The notes under the pieces: generated by a model | Told to the model about the DNA's origin: nothing | Seen by the model: the letters and a program-made list of their open reading frames with translations, nothing else | Database searches by the model: none | Shown: positions 24,934-26,424 of the stretch, piece after piece | Layout of the letters: each line of letters starts with the position of its first letter | Numbering within the stretch: position 1 is the first letter of the stretch | Source: Myxococcales bacterium | GTDB taxonomy: Bacteria > Myxococcota > Myxococcia > Myxococcales > Anaeromyxobacteraceae | Assembly: GCA_038320275.1 (NCBI GenBank) | Contig: JBBQEB010000038.1 | Location: 1-26,424 of the forward strand | DNA length: 26,424 nt | Reading direction: 5' to 3' | Translations under genes and position numbers: made by a program

Positions 24934-26424
24934 TGGACTATCCGCTTCGATGATGCCCCGGAGCGCGCCGGATGCGCCACCAGCGGATCCGCCGGCGGCG
25001 GGTCGAGGCGGGTCTGGTACGGCTCCCCGGTCCGGATGGCCTCAGCCATCTCGTCGTAGATCTCCAAGATGACACGCTTGGTCCGGTACTCGCCGTGGGC
25101 CTTCTCGTCGTTCTTCTTAACGATCAGAAAGGTGTCGAGGATGTAGTCGGCGTCCTCGTGGAAGATTTCGTAGAGGTGGAAGAACGCAGCGTCGAGCTCC
25201 GCGCGGAGGAAGAAGCGGCGCTCGGGGTCCCAGCGGAAGGGCAGGCCTTCGAAGCCAGCTTCCTTTGCGAAAGGCGCCAGGTCCCAGGCCGTGTAGGTCA
25301 GTTCCACCGTCCGGCTGGCGAGCCACTGGAGCAGGGTCCCGCTCCGGCTCCATGGTGTTACTGCCTCATGGACCTCGGGTGGGACCATCGGCAACTGCTC
25401 GACGATGAACGCACTCACGTCGGTCCCACCGACCTTCTGCCGGGCCACGTAGTCGAACGGAAATGAACAAAGCCCGGCCAAGAACCCAGCTGCGAGCGAC
25501 ACCCACTCTGCGCCCAGGAAGAGAACTCGAGCAGTGTCGGGAATCGCGAGAGAAGGGAGTGCTGTCGCGATGAAGGTGCGTTCGTCGGTGGATCGTGCGA
25601 TTCGCCGCCAAGCCAGTACCCATGGCCGGGGCCATGCGGAGCCGAACCGCCTGATCGCATCCTCCGCCGGGTACCAGTACCTCGGCCGAGTCACGTACGC
25701 TGGATCCGCACGCTCAAGGTCAGTGAGGTCGCGGTCTTCGTCGTGGTCGTGTGTCGCCCAGCGGTGGTCGAACTGGTGAAAGTACTTGGACTGATAGAGA
25801 GGCAGCCGCCCGGGCCCCGGTCCTTCAAGGAAGTTGGCGGAGTCGTCGGCGCTGTTGAGGAGGCGGCGGAGTTCAAGACCCCAGCCAGACTCTGTCAATA
25901 CCGGCAGGCGGCGGTAGATCCCCTTTGTGATCTCGGCGTCGCGACCCGACCTGAAGATAGGGCAGGTCCTGGTAGCCGGGTTCAGGAGCGCGATGTCCGC
26001 GGCTGACAGAGTGAACCGCCGCGCCTTGTCTTCCAGGTGCTCGACGCGTGTGGCGAAGAACACGAACTCGGCCGGAGCACCCGCCTTGCGCGGGCCAGCA
26101 AGGGTTAGCACGCCGAACTTGAACGAGCGGTGGACCGCCGGGAAGATCGCCTCTCGGTTCTCGAAGTCGTAGAAGGACACCAGTTCGCCGTTATCGATGA
26201 CCGCCTGGAAGAAGAGCTTGGTGGAGTCGTCCGTGACGATTCCGGACGGCAAGAGTTGGCCGACGCGACCGGAGCGCGACACTAATCCGCGAGCAGCCTC
26301 GGCGAACAGCCCGAAGAGGTTGACCCGGCCCACGCCGCAAAGCGGGAACCGGATGCCGCTCCGAACGAATGCGTTGATGCCCTCGACCAGCCGCAGCGCG
26401 GCTCGGTAAACGCGATGGAGTGCG
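24930..26424 (-). CDS. Large N6-adenine DNA methyltransferase / type IIG (Eco57I-like) restriction-modification enzyme, 3' part only
   Basis: Frame is open to the window end. GRVNLFGLFAE, GQLLPSGIVTD, FENREAIFPAVH, LLNPATRTCPIFRS, WRRIARSTDERT, DYVARQKVGG, LRAELDAAFFHLY...YILDTF...GEYRTKRVILEIYD. The catalytic NPP(W/Y) motif would lie outside the window. Confidence 0.82.
   Translation of the reverse strand, partial: ALHRVYRAALRLVEGINAFVRSGIRFPLCGVGRVNLFGLFAEAARGLVSRSGRVGQLLPSGIVTDDSTKLFFQAVIDNGELVSFYDFENREAIFPAVHRSFKFGVLTLAGPRKAGAPAEFVFFATRVEHLEDKARRFTLSAADIALLNPATRTCPIFRSGRDAEITKGIYRRLPVLTESGWGLELRRLLNSADDSANFLEGPGPGRLPLYQSKYFHQFDHRWATHDHDEDRDLTDLERADPAYVTRPRYWYPAEDAIRRFGSAWPRPWVLAWRRIARSTDERTFIATALPSLAIPDTARVLFLGAEWVSLAAGFLAGLCSFPFDYVARQKVGGTDVSAFIVEQLPMVPPEVHEAVTPWSRSGTLLQWLASRTVELTYTAWDLAPFAKEAGFEGLPFRWDPERRFFLRAELDAAFFHLYEIFHEDADYILDTFLIVKKNDEKAHGEYRTKRVILEIYDEMAEAIRTGEPYQTRLDPPPADPLVAHPARSGASSKRIVQ

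Larger units (their letters stand above)
22340..26424 (-). mobile_element. Left end of a probable horizontally acquired defence island
   Basis: Abrupt switch to defence-type genes and visibly more A/T-ending codons than in 1-22290. No integrase or att site is seen in the window. Confidence 0.55.

Noticed and set aside
1..26424. CRISPR array or IS element
   Set aside because: No regularly spaced repeats, cas genes, transposase motifs or terminal inverted repeats were seen.

Overview
Very GC-rich bacterial chromosome segment. Gene content and intergenic repeats point to Myxococcota (Anaeromyxobacter-like); this is an inference. Positions 1-22290 look like core genome: the 5' part of a thymidine/pyrimidine-nucleoside phosphorylase, a lamin-tail-domain lipoprotein coupled to a small single-repeat TolC-like protein, iscS-iscA, a DsbD(beta-gamma)-like protein, an HDOD protein, a small putative beta-barrel, tRNA-Leu(CAG), an argC-argJ::argB-argR operon with an ARG-box-like operator, a HemY-like FAD oxidoreductase, a beta-hydroxyacid dehydrogenase, an orphan receiver protein, a tandem PafB/PafC-like WYL pair behind a coiled-coil membrane protein, a HAMP histidine kinase coupled to an M16 peptidase, a hemerythrin and a small hypothetical. 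From about 22340 to the window end the composition shifts and a minus-strand defence-type cassette appears: the 3' part of a large type IIG/Eco57I/DrmMI-like DNA methyltransferase, a translationally coupled Schlafen(AlbA_2)-HATPase-HTH protein and an HNH nuclease. The best candidates for undescribed biology are this MTase-Schlafen-HNH cassette, the half-TolC + LTD lipoprotein pair, the coiled-coil/PafBC-like operon and the ArgJ-ArgB fusion. All calls come from motif recognition by eye; no searches were run.
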